Part shown: positions 26,401 through 40,559 of the stretch, piece by piece
How positions within the stretch are numbered: position 1 is the stretch's first letter
Layout: each line of letters begins with the position of its first letter
NCBI GenBank assembly: GCA_951406725.2
Contig: OX597839.1
Span: 12,896,001-12,960,000 of the forward strand
DNA: 64,000 nucleotides
DNA from: Octopus vulgaris
Lineage: Eukaryota
Direction: 5' to 3'
Notes under the pieces: generated by a model
Database searches by the model: none
Told to the model about the DNA's origin: nothing
What the model saw: the letters and a program-made list of their open reading frames with translations, nothing else
Program-made: the position numbers and the translations under genes

Positions 26401-26750
26401 TTAGAACTATGCTGTGCGTGAGAAGACACAGCAAGACAAGTGAGACCATAACCCGTGGCCTCTACCTGGGATGTAGCCAGTCCACTTATGCATACCTTTT
26501 CTTCTTGGGACACAAAACTCTACTTGTGAAGACCTGTTGAGGCAAGTGAAAATCAAAATCAATATTGAAATCGATCAACATCAATGGAAATTGTAGCTGT
26601 GATACCAGTGCCGGTGGTACATAAAAGAACCATCCGAACATGGCCGTTGCCAGCGCTGCCCGACTGGCCTCCGTGCCGGTGGCACGTAAAAAGCACCCAC
26701 TACACTCACGGAGTGGTTGGCGTTAGGAAGGGCATCCAGCTGTAGAAACT
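23469..26750 (+). mobile_element. Near full-length RTE-clade LINE (APE endonuclease, reverse transcriptase, Cys-rich insert), inactivated
   Basis: ORF 23400-24188 has DICCIQEVRW, AGDFNGH, SQIDYIL and TPQHRLV. ORF 24547-25587 has QFGF, FVDMEKAFD, GVHQGSVLSP and LYADD. Premature stops and frameshifts present. Confidence 0.93.
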
Positions 26751-28229
26751 ATTGTTCGCCATGTCTCAGCCCCATACAATAGCACTGCTTTTACGTTAGT
26801 GTTAAAAATTCTCATTTTGTTCTTTATTGAAATTACACTTGCGCTCCATACTTTCTTTAACAAAGCCCAACCCCTTGTCCTCGTTGTGAGAGATGGAAAC
26901 AGATAAAGCTGGCCAACGGGACTCTGGTGAAGTTGAATGGGCTAATCACCCGTGCAATGGATTTTCACATTGATTACGAAAATAATTCACATTCACCATA
27001 CTGCATCCCATAACTTCAGTGTACCCTGGCTCAGGTAGTTTCATGCTATTTAGCCCTTATCTGGGACTCTCTGGTATTCAAGTCAGAGTAGACTTGGGAA
27101 ATACAGTGGCTATGAGGTGGATTTGGTAGACAGAAACTGTATGAACTGTATTAAGGCAGCGAGCTGGCAGAAACGTTAACACGAAGGGCGAAATGCTTAG
27201 CAGTATTTCATTTGCTGTTATGTTCTGAGTTCAAATTCCGCCGAGGTCGACTTTCCCTTTCATCCTTTCAGGGTCAATAAATTAAGTACCAGTTACGCGC
27301 TGAGATCGATGTAATCGACTTTATCCCTTTGTCTGTCCCTTGTTTAGCCCCTTGTGGGCAGTAAAGAAATAAGAAACTGTATGAAGCCATTTACACACAT
27401 GCACACACACAAATAGTGGTTAGAGCATCGGGCTTACAATCATGTGGTTGTAATTTTGATTCCTGGACTGGGATATGCTGTGTTCTTAAGCAAGAAACTT
27501 AATTTCACGTTACTCCAGTTCACTCAGCTGTAGAAATGAGTTGCAATGTCACAGGTGCCAAGCTGTATCAGCCTTTGCCCTCGCTTTGGATAACCGGTGG
27601 CATGGAGAGGGGAGGCTGGTATGTATGAGTGATTGCTGGTCTTCAATAAACAGTCTTGCCCATGCTTGTACCAAGGAGGGGAACTTACTGGTACAATCCC
27701 ATGGTCATTTCTGACCGAAGGGGGTCTTTAAACACACATATACACACACATTCACAAACTCTCTCTCTCTCTCTAACACACACACATGCACGCACACATA
27801 TACATATAATCATTATTGTTGGTATTTAATGCGGTGAAACTGGCCTTTTTACATATCTGCAATGCAGCCACCCATTCCTACCCCACCACCTATACAAGAA
27901 TCCCTTACAAGGCCCCTGCCTCATCTATGTACCAGCAACCATCCACACTGCTAGGTGTGCCAAAAAGAGATGCATACTTAGTAAATTAACAAACCGCCTA
28001 CTCCTTTCTCCCTATATGTAATGAACCAATAGCTGCTTATTTACTTAATTTAAACATTGATCCATTTATGTTTGCAGCAATAATGCTTAAATTTAACATG
28101 ATTGAATGATGGTAGGTTAAAGTGAGAACAACTGATGTGATATGTCTGTTATCAAATGTCCATTGAAATCTTCATTTCAGGTGCTGGATACCATCTCTCC
28201 TTCCCTTGTTCCTTCCCATGTCCCTTTCC

Positions 28230-30300
28230 TAGTTCTTGGAGTTGGTACTGTCAATGTAGGCACATTGAAAGTTAGGTCTAGTGAGATTGTTGAGATGCTT
28301 CAATGGAGGTGTGTTTATGTATGTTGCATTCAAGAGAAGAGCTTCATCCACGTCCCACACAGGCGAGACACATAGGTATGAAATCTTCTGGTAAGGTAAC
28401 AGCGACGGGGTAGGTGGTCAGGGCACACTTCTTGCAGAGAAATGGGTGGATAAGGCCACAGAGTGTGTGATAAAGTAATTAAGCTCAGGTTAGTTTTGCA
28501 GAATAATATAGTGACAATTATCTTTGCCTTCACCCACCAAGTGGGTCTACCAAATAAACAAATGATCACTTTTATGATATTCTTCTACTGGTTACCTCAC
28601 TGAACGACAATGATCTCCTCTTTGTGGCTGAGGACTTCAATGGGCATGTCAGGCAGCAGCCCGGTATCTTCCATGGTGTACATAGTGACCATGGAATTGG
28701 TTCCTGAAACGAAGAGGGAACAAGGCTACTGGAGTTCTGTGATGTGAATAACCTATTGATCTGCAACAACCACTTCAGGAAGCCAACAAACCACCTGATA
28801 ACCTACCAATCAGGTGACTATGCTGGCCAGATTGATTACATTCTCACCAGACAGTGGGATGCATAGTTGCTTCTAAATACAAAAACCTTCCCCGGTGAAG
28901 ACTGTGCACCCCAGCTTAGACTAGTTATTACTGACTTTAGACTTCAGGCCAGAAGGATCCCAAGAAGTAGATCAATCTGGAAAAGAAGGATTTGGAAGCT
29001 TAAGGACCCTTTATATGATCAGAGATTTAGGGAGCCCTAATTGAGAAAATTGACAAGAGGGAGGAGAAACTACAGACTTTTAACATGGAGGGCAACTGGG
29101 AATTCCTGTAGGACAACTTGCTAGGTGCCACAGACCAAACCTGCGGCTGATGTAAAGTCTCATCCAGACCTTGAGCAATGTGGTGGTAGAACAATGCTGT
29201 AGACAAGGCTATAAGAGCAAATCAATGGGCCTGGAAGGACTGGAAGCATAGGGATAGCAGGAAACTGTATCAGATAGCCAGAAGGGAAGTTAGGAAACAA
29301 GTATATCTAGCCAGGGAAGAAGCAAAAAAGAAGTTTGCCAAGTGAAGACTAAAAGTGTTTTGGATTGCAAGACAGTGTGTAAGAGAAAATTGTGATACCA
29401 TAGGATAGAAATGTGTCCAAATGGACGATGGTGTGAGAATAAGAATAGGCTGGGCAAAGTTCAGAGAGTTCCTACCTCTGCTGGTAATAAAAGGCCTCTC
29501 CCTCAGAGTGAGAGGCAGACTGTATAATGCCTGTGTGTGAACAGCTGTGCTACACAGCAGTGAAACATGGGCTGTCACAGCCCAAGACATGCATTGGCTT
29601 AAAAGAAATTAAACCAGTATGCTTCACCGGACATGCAGTACCAGCATGCATATAGGAGAGAGTGTAAGCATCTTAAAAGAAAAGTTGGGCATAAGAGGCA
29701 TCAGATGTAGTGTGCAAGAGAGATGACTGTGCTGGTATGGTAATGTGATGCATATGGATGAGGACAGATATGTAAAGAGACAGACCCAACCCAGGAAGAC
29801 ATATCACAAGGTGGTGAAGTGTGATCTTTGAACATTGGGCCTTAAGGAGGCAATGACTAGCGACTGAGATCTTTGGCGATGTGGTGTACTTGAGAGAACC
29901 TGTCAAGCCAAGTGAAATTATAGTTGTTACTGATGCTGGTGTCATGTAATTGGCACTTGTGCCGGTGGCATGTAAAAAGCACCTTTTAAGAGTTGGGCAT
30001 CATGGAGGCAATGACAAATGACTGAGACCCTTGGCATTATGCTGTGCTTGAGAAGAAGACCCATCAAGCCAAGTGAAATTGTAGTCTTGGTGTACTGGTG
30101 TTACACAACTGGCACCCATGCTGATGGCACGTAAAGGCACTCATTACACTCTCAGACTGGTTGGTGTTAGGATAGGCATCCAGCTGTAGAAACCATACCA
30201 AATCAGACTGGAGTCTGGTAAGCCCCTCGATTTGCCAGCCCTGGTCAAACTGTCCAACCCATGCCAGCATGGACAATGGATGTTAAATGATGATGATGAT
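28230..30300 (+). mobile_element. Older RTE LINE with internal deletion of most of RT
   Basis: Endonuclease motifs (GTVNVGTL, CCIQE, DFNGH, QIDYIL) joined at about 29432 to the post-RT region; (GAT)n tail at about 30290. Confidence 0.85.
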
Positions 30301-30650
30301 ATATATGAATCAGGACAGTTAACCCCCTAGGACAATTACCCCACCCCACAAGACAATTACCCCCCTCTCCAATATATTAAGAAGTTTTAAATGAACATCT
30401 GTTGTCCTTAGGGCTAATTTTCGTTGGGGTGGGGGTGTAAATGTCTTACACTCAATATATACAACAGGCTTCTTTAAGTTTCCATCTATCAAATCCACTC
30501 AGTTGTGGTTTGCCTAAGGATATATTAGAAGACACTTGGTCCAAGATGTCACTTTGAGAAGCAAACTTTTTAACACACATGTATCTATGTATTATATTCT
30601 CAAAAATTTATGATCTTGATGCTATGTTATAAATTTTATATTTATTCCAG

Positions 30651-30776
30651 CAAATGTTAACATTAATAATGTAGTCTGCGATACCTATGTTGCCTCAAAT
30701 AATAATAATACCGCAGAACCTGAGAAGAAAAAATGTGAGGCTGATAAAGATGAAGTGAATTTCAGCAGGTATCTCA
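30651..30776 (+). CDS. Death-domain adaptor paralogue 2, coding exon 3
   Basis: tttattccAG acceptor and GTAAGT donor; 126 nt. SNVNINNVVCDTYVASNNNNTAEPEKKKCEADKDEVNFSRYL; 3' half homologous to 5175-5312. Confidence 0.8.
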
Positions 30777-33482
30777 GTAAGTAAAAGTAGTTTCTATATG
30801 TTTACTCTTTCTACTCTTTTACTTGTTTCAGTCATTTGACTGTGGCCATGTTGGAGCATTGCCGTTAGTTGAGCAAATTGACCCCAGGACTTATTCTTTG
30901 TAAGCCTAGTACTTATTGTATTGGTTTCTTTTGCCGAACCACTAAATTACGGGAACGTAAACACACCAGCATCAGTTGTCAAGCGATGTTGGGGGTGGGA
31001 CAAGCACAGACACACAAATACACACAAACATATATACATATACATATATACGACAGGCTTCTTTCAGTTTCCGTCTACCAAATCCACTCACAAGGCTTTG
31101 GTTGGCCCAAGACTATAGTAGAATACACTTGCCCAATGTGCCACATATGTGGTTGGTAAGCAAGCTACTTACCACACAACCACTCCAACCTTTTACTTGT
31201 ATCAGTCATTAGAAGGTGGCCGTGCTGGGGCACTGCCTTGAGGGACTTTAATCGAACTATTCAACCCCAGTACTTATTTCCTTTTCAATAGACTGGGGGA
31301 CAGAAATACAGGCACAAATACAAACACGCACATAGATACACACATACACAAATATACAATGGTCTTCTTTCAGTTTCCATTTACCAAATCCACTCATAAG
31401 ACTTTGGTCAGCCTGAGGCTATAGTAGAAGATGTTTGATCAAGGTGCCACGCAATGAGACTGAACCCAAAACCATATGGTTGGGAAGCAAATGTCTTACC
31501 ACACAGCCACACCTGCAATTTTTTTATTTTTCATAAGTTTTTATTTAGCAGCATATTTTTATTGGAAGAAAATAAATAAAAAAATAAATAAACATTAAAA
31601 GTATAATAGAATAAAGAAAAGTAAAAAAATGGGTTGGGTTGGAATGAAGCAGCAAAAAATGGCGGGGAGAAGGGTGTAAGAGTTTGTACATCACAGACCA
31701 AATTGTGTGTTCAATCACACCTCACAGACATAATTACACAGGTGTTGCTACAGAATGGCCAGTGGTACTTACTGCAACAGCTACCCCGTCTTGTAGGACT
31801 CATTTCTCAGACCGGCTGATGTTATCCCAATTTTGTGCAGGAAATCAACAGTGGGATTTGAAAATGCCTGAGTTAGACATATTCAGTAGGCAAATCCTTA
31901 GCTCACTACATTCTTAATAAGGAAAATGAGAAAGCATCAATATCTTGAATTCAAACCAATAATTTAGGGTAAACACTTGTGTACTAAGTCTGTTCCTGTA
32001 TTCTGTCTCTGAATCCAGGAGTTGCTGTCTCATCGGGTGATGAAGTAGCTTTGTACTTGCTTTGGTCTCTTCCAATGTATTACAAGAGCTGCCTGAGGCT
32101 ACCAGCAATGTAGGCAATAAAACTCCCCCACAGTAGTATGAGCTTTGTTAACTGTCTATGTACTGTTGTATTTGCTGCCTGTGAGTTTTCTCCCTTGCAG
32201 CTGCATGTACATTTTGTCACCTTGAGAGGAGTGCTTAAGATAAACACATCCCCTAATTTTATTTTCAGTATTTTACGGTGTAAACAGGCTACCTTCGATT
32301 CAGAATGAGGCTACACTTCTGTTTCCTAATGCCTTTTTCATTGTTTATACACTAACCACGAGGTGTTCTAGCTTTGAAATTGAACTTAATTCTTTGGATT
32401 TTTTTACTGAACAAAAATGGCTTTCTGGAAGAAATCTTGTTTGATTCTAAATCAGATGATGATTTTGAAGGATTTACTCAGGTAGATATCAACGGTAAAA
32501 TTATTTGAGGTGGTGATAAGAATGTAGACTGTTCTTACAGTTATATTGAGAATGATGTACTGCGTGGATACTATTATCTATGGCTGGCTGATTTAAGGAA
32601 AGTCTTGGACCCAAGGAGGTGCATTTCTGAGGGACACCTCTTCCGTCTATTCCTTAATACTTTATATAAAAATATTTATCCATTCCTATATTAGTATACA
32701 AAAAAAAAATCAAGTCTGTACATGCAATACAATGGAAGTTATAAGAATTTTAAAACAGTAGGCTCTCATGTTTTTTGTTCCCTCAAAAATAATGCAGTGG
32801 CAGGTGAAACTATTTTAGGGGCAAATCGGTGTGCTAAAGATTAAATCAGATGTGACCCTGGGCCAGCTGTTTCTACCATTCCCACTGCTTATTTTTGCTG
32901 CACCACTCTTGAGCCAGGTCTAAAGGTTTGCTTTCTCAGCAGCACCAAACAATTTTCTGTCAGCATCTTTTGTTCTCTTCACACTTACTCCAAGTCTCCT
33001 GAGCATGGAGTGAACTCTTGTTCCAACAAATCCTCTAACTACTGTCTCTTTCATTAGTACCATTTTTCTTGTGCCAAGAGACTTAAAATGTTCATCTTTA
33101 TAAGTTTATACCTAACAACAACATATTAGGATTATAGATTACCAAATTACTAAGTTCATTTTAGAGTATACTACACAGTTATAAATGAGCATTATTAGAT
33201 ATTGAAGTGGTTTGGTTATTTCACTTATAATTGTAAGGTCATAAGTTCAATTCCTGATAGTACATTATGTCTTTGAGCAATACTCTTTATTTCAGATCAT
33301 TCCAGTCCGTGCAGCTTGCAAAGATTAGCTGCAACTGTACTTCAAAAGACCAGCCTTGTTATATGCTCTATCATGCTGAATCTTCCTGAGAACTATGTCA
33401 AGGTTATATGCACTTCATTCCCTTAACTATGTTAAGGGTAGGGAGTGCTCAGACACTTGCATGTTAACTTTACAAACAGAGG

Positions 33483-33870
33483 AGCAGGAGTGGCTGTGTG
33501 TTAAGTAACTTGCTTACCAACCACATGGTTCTGGGTTCAGTCCCACTGCGTGGCATCTTGGGCAAATGTCTTCTACTATAGCCTCAGGCCGACCAAAGTC
33601 TTGTGTGTGGATTTAGTAGACGGAAACCGAAAGAAGCCCATCGTATATATGTATGTGTGTGTATATGTTGTGTATCTGTGTTTGTCCCCAACAACATCGC
33701 TTGACAACCAATGCTGGTGTTTACATCCCTGTAACTTAGTGGTTCAGCAAAAGAGACCGATAGAATAAGTACTTGGCTTACAAAGAATAAGTCATGGGGT
33801 CAATTTGGTTCAACTAAAGGCTGTGCTCCAGCATGGCAGCAGTCAAATGACTGAAACAAGTAAGTAAAAG
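33483..33870 (+). mobile_element. tRNA-derived SINE with internal (TA/TG) tract; family copies at about 8180-8560(-), 20275-20690(+), 30800-31190(-), 41810-42110(+), 49110-49480(-), 59610-59995(-), 60097-60455(+), 61803-62215(+)
   Basis: gcaggagtggctgtgtggtaag head, gggttcagtccc B-box, ttgggcaa(a/g)tgtcttctactatagcc core and gcagtcaaatgactgaaacaagtaa tail. Confidence 0.85.
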
Positions 33871-34440
33871 ACTGTTCCATTGATTGGATCAACTGGAATG
33901 CTTGTCACTGTAATTGATGGAATGCCAGTTAAGTTGATCTCATCTTTGATGAGAGAAGTTATTTTAATATACATGTATATATAAGAATATATGTAAATAT
34001 ATATGTATGTATACATACATATTCTTGGTAGTTTCTCAAATTCAGTTAAAAGGAGGTTCTGCAATTTCTTGCTGAATGATTTACACAGAGGATTTGTTTA
34101 CAGTGATCAAATGTTTGTGCTGCACAATTAGCTCATTCCTTCCATCAAATCGACATTGCCTGTACAGGTGCATGGTATGCCACTAATCCAATTGATTGCA
34201 GAGCAATGCAAGATGAAATGTTTTGCTCAAGAATACATCACAGCACTTGATCCAGGGATGAAACCCACAATCTGGCAATTTTGAGTGTAAAACCACTGGA
34301 CCTCTCACACACACATGTATATATGCATGTATGTATATATATGCACATATCATGCATCCTCTCACACACATACACTTATGTATACACATATATAAATATA
34401 TCTGTCTATTTACCTATCTATCTGTCTGTCTGTTTGTCTG

Positions 34441-34505
<65 letters not shown>

Positions 34506-36441
34506 AAATATATATATTGGGTTATCTCTGTAAATAATGCGTTTTTTATACTTCTTTTATTTTCCAAAATTAAGATAAACAAAGTTCTTTTCTAATCTGA
34601 AATCTACTCTCCTTCATTTTCTACAATGCTCTTCTGTCTATCTGGTAGACTTGCAAGGCCCCTCTTCCAAAATTCTCTTGTCCGTGATGAAAAATACTTC
34701 TCCAGTATTGTTCTGACCTTCTCTACAGAATTCATATTTATTTCGTCCAAATGATTTTGAAGACTGCGGAATAAATGATGGGACAATGTCCAGTGAATAT
34801 GGTGGGTGAGGCAAAAATGGTTTATTCATGAGATGTGACAGCAAAGAAGAGCACACATTCACTCGCAGCACGTGATTAGACTTGGAAAGCTTGTGAGCAA
34901 CCCATTGACCCAATTTGCTTACTTTTCTGATGGCACACAGGTGTCGATGAATCCAAGCTTTTCTGCTAGTTCCTCAACACTTACAATAGGATTTTGTTCC
35001 ACCAGGGTTTGCAGGATGTCCTAGTTGAGCTCCACAGATCTTCCAGGACGAGGCTCATCTTCTAGTCTGTAGTTTCCAGCTTGTGTATATATTAAATAAA
35101 ATTTATCTCTCCCTAGATAGAGTACTTTTTTGTGGATCTTACCAACCTGAAACAATACACTCTATGTGGTCAGTTGATGGTGGAGGACAAGAGAGAGACT
35201 TATGGAATTGGGAGAAGATGATAAGTGAGCATGGCATCAGCAACACTTACATTATTTGGAAAATGTAATGGAAAGAGTACAGTGAAATTGCCTTGAAGAG
35301 TGGAATGTCTAAAGTTTCCAAAAATGGATAGTCCCGTGGGGTGTTTACAAAAATACTTATAGAGTTACAATTATGTAAAATATTGTCATGCTGCTTAGAA
35401 AAATAACATAACAGGGAATCTCTTTTACGATATAAATTAAATCAAAATTTCAACTAAATATATAACTAATATAACTATTCGTTGAAATTTAAATTATAAT
35501 AAATTTATTGCAAAAACTTATGTTGCAAATTGTAGGTGAAACACCCCAATACAATAACAGAGAAAAGTTTCAGTCATCAAAAATAGCCACAATATATTTC
35601 TTATGAGTTGAAATGGAAAGCAAAATCAATGTGAGCTGATTATGAAGGCAATGCTGAAAAGTTCCATAAGGCCAGGCTGGAGGTTGAATATTTTGAGCTC
35701 TTTTACAGGTCTTAGAAAAACTGTCACACTGTTGCAATAAATGTGTGAATCTGAGAGAAGATGTTGAATAACATCATAAATAAACTGATTCTCCAGTAAT
35801 TTTTTTTTTTTACTCAAAGCCAGGAACTTTTCAGTATTCCCTAATATATAGCCAGTACTGTTCACTCAGATTCCCCACCAGTTGATGTCAAAGCGACATC
35901 TGCCTCCCACAACAACTGAGCTACAGTGGCACCACACAACATGCTACACACCCTCACTTAGTCAGAAAGGTAGTGGGAAGGAGCAAAATAAAACAAGTTG
36001 CCAACTAAGGATTGCAAGCATTTAAAAAATTGGGGGATGACAAAACACCCCATGTGACTAACACAGGGTTAAGATAGAGTGTGAAATTTGATGGTGATTT
36101 GGCTGTTATTTCTAAACAAAAAAGTAAATATGAAACATTTCAATAGGGTTGCTGAACCATCGAACAAACTGCCGGCATCAGTTGTTAGTTGTCGGAGCAC
36201 TGCATCCTTCAAAACTTCCATGCTTCCTGAGATTCGCCAACACTACACTTGATTTTCTCCCCTCCATACACACACAAGCATGTATCTGACTCATACATTG
36301 TTCGCTTTCCAGACATTTCTACATTACTGCATGTACTTTATATGCACTTTCTGACAAGTTGTGGTGCACCTGAGCACTGTATACAATTAATTTCATTATT
36401 ATTATTATAAATTCTTAAGAATCATGGAAATATTTTTGCAG

Positions 36442-36516
36442 AGTCTAATACAAAACTGACTCAGAAACGCCTCAACAAAATAGCCGTATACCTAGGGAAT
36501 AAATGGAAGTCTGTTG
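36442..36516 (+). CDS. Death-domain adaptor paralogue 2, coding exon 4 (Death domain start)
   Basis: AG/GT flanks; 75 nt. KSNTKLTQKRLNKIAVYLGNKWKSV(G). Confidence 0.88.
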
Positions 36517-37798
36517 GTAAGTATAAAATATACATTGCTTTAGATGTTTTGCTTCTATCATATCTTTATGTGTTTTTTACTTGCTTCAGTCATTATGTTG
36601 TTGCCATGCTGGGGCAGCACCTCAAAGAATTTTTAGTCGGATGAATCCAATACTTTATTTTCTTTGTTTTTAAAGCCCAGTGCTTATTCTATCAGTCACT
36701 TTTGCTGAACTGCTAAGTTACAGAGATGCAAACACACCAACCCTGGATGTTAAGCAGTGGTGGAAACATACACAGACACAAACATGCACACACATGTGTG
36801 ACAGGCTTCTTTCAGTTTCCATCTACCAAATCCACTCACAAGGTTTTGGTTGGGCTGGGGCTATAGTAGAAGACTCTTGGCCAAGGTCCCATGCAGTGGG
36901 AATGAACCTGGAATCATGCAGTTGGGAAGCAAATCTTCTTGCCACCCAGCCACCCCTATGCCTATCTAACTACAAAATAATGTTTAGTGAGTGCTACGAT
37001 ACTTAATGTGATGAAGAAAAAATTTCAGTTAAAGTTGTTCTTGCTAGGAGGAGAAGAAAAGAATCTTCACCCTTTTGCTACCATACTTTTGTTGGAACAC
37101 TTCTTTTGTTGTAATTAATGTTGAAAATAATGAATTTATGAATATAACTGTTTTGAGATTAAGCTAGTCATCATCATCATCATTTAACGTCCGCTTTCCA
37201 TGCTAGCATGGGTTGGACGATTTGACTGAGCGCTGGTGAACCAGATGGCTCTACCAGGCTCCAATCTTGATCTGGCAGAGTTTCTACAGCTGGATGCCCT
37301 TCCTAACACCAACCACTCCGAGAGTGTAGTATGTGCTTTTATGTGCCACCGGCACGGGGGCCAGTCAGGCGGTACTGGCAACGACCTCGCTCGAATCTTT
37401 TTACACATGCCACCGGCTCAGGTGCCAGTAAGGTGACGCTGGTAACGATTACACTCGAATGGTGCCTTTTATGTGCCACTGGCACTGAAGCCGGTTAGCT
37501 ACTCTGTCAGCGATCACACTCGTATGGTGCTCTTTGCCAGTCATTGAACTTGATTTTGATTTTGATTTAAATTAACATAAAATTTGGATTCAAGATTTTA
37601 ATTTAAATCACTTTAAAAACAAGAAATTTGTATCATAGAACCAAAGTCAGTATTAAAAATTTAGTGTTAACAGTTGACAACTGTTTCAGGCCACCATTTT
37701 TCCCTATCGTAAATTTTTTCATTATGTATCCCTTGAAATTTATAAATCATTTACTATTATTATTGTTGTTGTCAATGATATAATATTTTTATTTTCAG

Positions 37799-38004
37799 GT
37801 CGAAATTTAGACATTCAAGATGTTTTCCTGGGTAATATTCAATCTGACAACCCAGGGAATACTGAAGAACAGTGTTTTCAAATGTTGAAGAAATGGTTGG
37901 AAATATCTGAGACAGGGATGTGTACAACAGGCAAATTAGCTAAGGCTCTCATTGATGCTGAGTGTTATGGTGCGATTCCACATTTACCATTAGATGAGGA
38001 GTGA
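37799..38004 (+). CDS. Death-domain adaptor paralogue 2, terminal coding exon
   Basis: ttttcAG acceptor. GRNLDIQDVFLGNIQSDNPGNTEEQCFQMLKKWLEISETGMCTTGKLAKALIDAECYGAIPHLPLDEE*. Confidence 0.9.
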
Positions 38005-39338
38005 TTAGCAGAAAAAAATTTATCCACCATGGTATATGTTTTGAATAAGAAGAGCATTATTATATCATGTAATTTCTAAATATCTATTGATATGACATAT
38101 ATTGAAGTACCAAAATATTTTAAGAAGAGCATTATTATATCATGTAATTTCTAAATATCTATTGATATGACATATATTGAAGTACCAAAATATTTTAAGT
38201 GGTTTGGACCTGCATCTATGGGTCTTAATCCTGTCTACATACATATGTTATTCAAAATATGAACAATAATAAACCATAAAATAAATTTTTATTTTTCAAG
38301 ATGAAACAAAATTAACAATATGTTGGAAATTGTTTATTTTTGTATACTTCTATTTTCTTTATTTTGGAAAAGTTTTCTCCTACTTTTTTTTAATTACAAA
38401 GTCTTTGATCATATCCCTAAAATTAATTTTATGTAACACGTCTTCTTCTCTAATAAATAAGGTATCCTCAATATTATTTTACCAAGTTTAAAATGATTTC
38501 TTTTTTGCCATAAACCATTCACCAATTCTCTGATTCCCTGCTTCCCTTGATGCTCTAAGCATGTATTTATTTTGTATAATGATTAATCCAGTGTTGTATG
38601 TAGGTATTCAGGATGTTCATCAGTTTTTAGCTGAAAACTTTACTGTTTTAAGGTGGTCTAAATAAAAATCCCCTATAAAATTTCCATGTTAATTTATATT
38701 CTAAACAAAAGGTGGTGAGCTGGTAGAAACATTAGCATGCCAGGTGAAATGCTTAGCAGTATTTCGTCTGTCTCTAAGTTCTGAGTTCAAATTCCGCCAA
38801 GGTTGATTTTTGCCTTTCATCCTTTCGGGGTCGATAAATTAAGTACCAGTTGCATATTGGAGTCAATCTAATCGACCAGCCCCTTTCCAAAGATTTTGGG
38901 CCTTGTGCCTAGAGTAGAAAAGAATTTATATTCTAAACTTGCTTAATAATTTTAGCTCAAGGTCAATAAGTTAGTGGGAGGGAGTAAGTCAATTACATCA
39001 ACCCCAGTGCTCAACTAGCACTTTATTGACCCCAAAAGGATGAAAGGTAAAGCTGACCTCAGCAGGTTTTGAACTCAGTATGTAAAGAGAGATGAAATGC
39101 CACTAAGCGTTTTGTCTGGCATGCTAACAATTCTGCTAGCTTGCCATCTTGCACTTGCTTATTAATGACGAAATATATCTTAATAGATTCTTTGTTATTT
39201 TCAACATAAATTAAAGCAAAAACATTGTATTTCAACAGCATTATGGTAACAAAAGGGTTAATACATAAATTCATCAGTCATTTAATTGTGAGAGGACAGA
39301 CTACTTCTGCCCGAAATTCATTCAACTCACAGAGCCAT

Positions 39339-39385
<47 letters not shown>

Positions 39386-40142
39386 CCACCACCACCGTCA
39401 CCGCCACCACCACCACCATTATTATCATCATTATCATCACCATCATCACCATCATCACTATTATCACCACCACCACCATCATTATCATCATTATCATCGT
39501 TTAACGTCCGTTTTCCACGCTTGCATGGGTTGGACGGTTTGACCGTGGTCCGGGAAGCCAGGAGGCTGCACCAGGCTCCGGTCTGATCTGGCAGTGTTTC
39601 TACAGCTGGATGCCCTTCCTAACGCCAACCACTCCATGAGTGTAGTGAGTGCTTTTTACGTGCCACCTGCACAGGAGCCAGAGGAGGCTGGCAAACGGTC
39701 ACGATCGATTGGTGTTTTTTACGTGTCATACTTTTACTAATTACAGGGTGACAGCAATAAACAGTGGCGTGTATAAATAGAAGGTTATTAGCAGCTCAAA
39801 TATGCTAGGAGCACATTCAAAACCGTAGAAATGTCTTTCCCTGTGTTTTTGCCATTTAGAAAATTTCTTGCTATGGTGTAAATACACTAACATCAGCTCC
39901 CAGCATCACAAAACACAGTGAATTGCTTTCTTACTGGTTCAAATATGTCTCAAGCATATTTGAACTGGTAATAACCTTGGACTTGCACTAATGTCCACTG
40001 AAACGGGGTATCAACTAAAAATGAACATTTGTCTTCGAGAAACCACAAGAGGAAGCTAAAAGAACATAGTGGAACGAGGGAAAAGAGAGTTGTGTCCCTT
40101 TGACCTCTTCCAATTGTAGAACGTTTTCTTTGAGGACATTTT

Positions 40143-40552
40143 GGATCTTTTCGGTTTGAACGGCAGTTTTTTCTAGCGGTGTCATATGAAATTGTCACCC
40201 ACAATTATGACCCTAGTATCGATCTATTGCATTTCAATCAGTTTTTGGGTTAGGGGTGGGTGGAAGGGTATCTTTTTTCCTTCACAAACGTAAATAAACC
40301 CAATCTGTTTCTTAAACGAGGGACATATTCATACGGCACAGAATGGTTTATAACTCAATAGACGTCAGTGATTGGTTGAAATTGCAGAAATTGAAGAAAA
40401 AAACAACAAATATCTTACAAACTATAGAATTTTCTCAATAAAGCCAAGAGAAAAAGATGTTTTATAAACACATTCTACCAGTATACGAAGTTTAAAATTT
40501 TTTAGTTACCTAGAAATTATGTTAAAAACTGCTGTTGAAACCGAAAAGATCC
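40143..40552 (+). mobile_element. MITE with GGATCTTTTCGGTTT TIRs and 8-bp TSD (GACATTTT)
   Basis: TIRs at both ends; perfect TSD at 40135-40142 and 40553-40560. Confidence 0.88.
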
Positions 40553-40559
40553 GACATTT

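Larger units (their letters stand above)
20759..39791 (+). repeat. Segmental duplication, copy 2, expanded by RTE LINE and other insertions
   Basis: Colinear homology with 272-11540; extra sequence at about 23330-30340 and 30830-34190. Confidence 0.92.

Noticed and set aside
39225-39542. Poly-histidine protein
   Set aside because: (CAT/CAC)n tail of an RTE-related element; the frame differs in the duplicate at 10971-11252.
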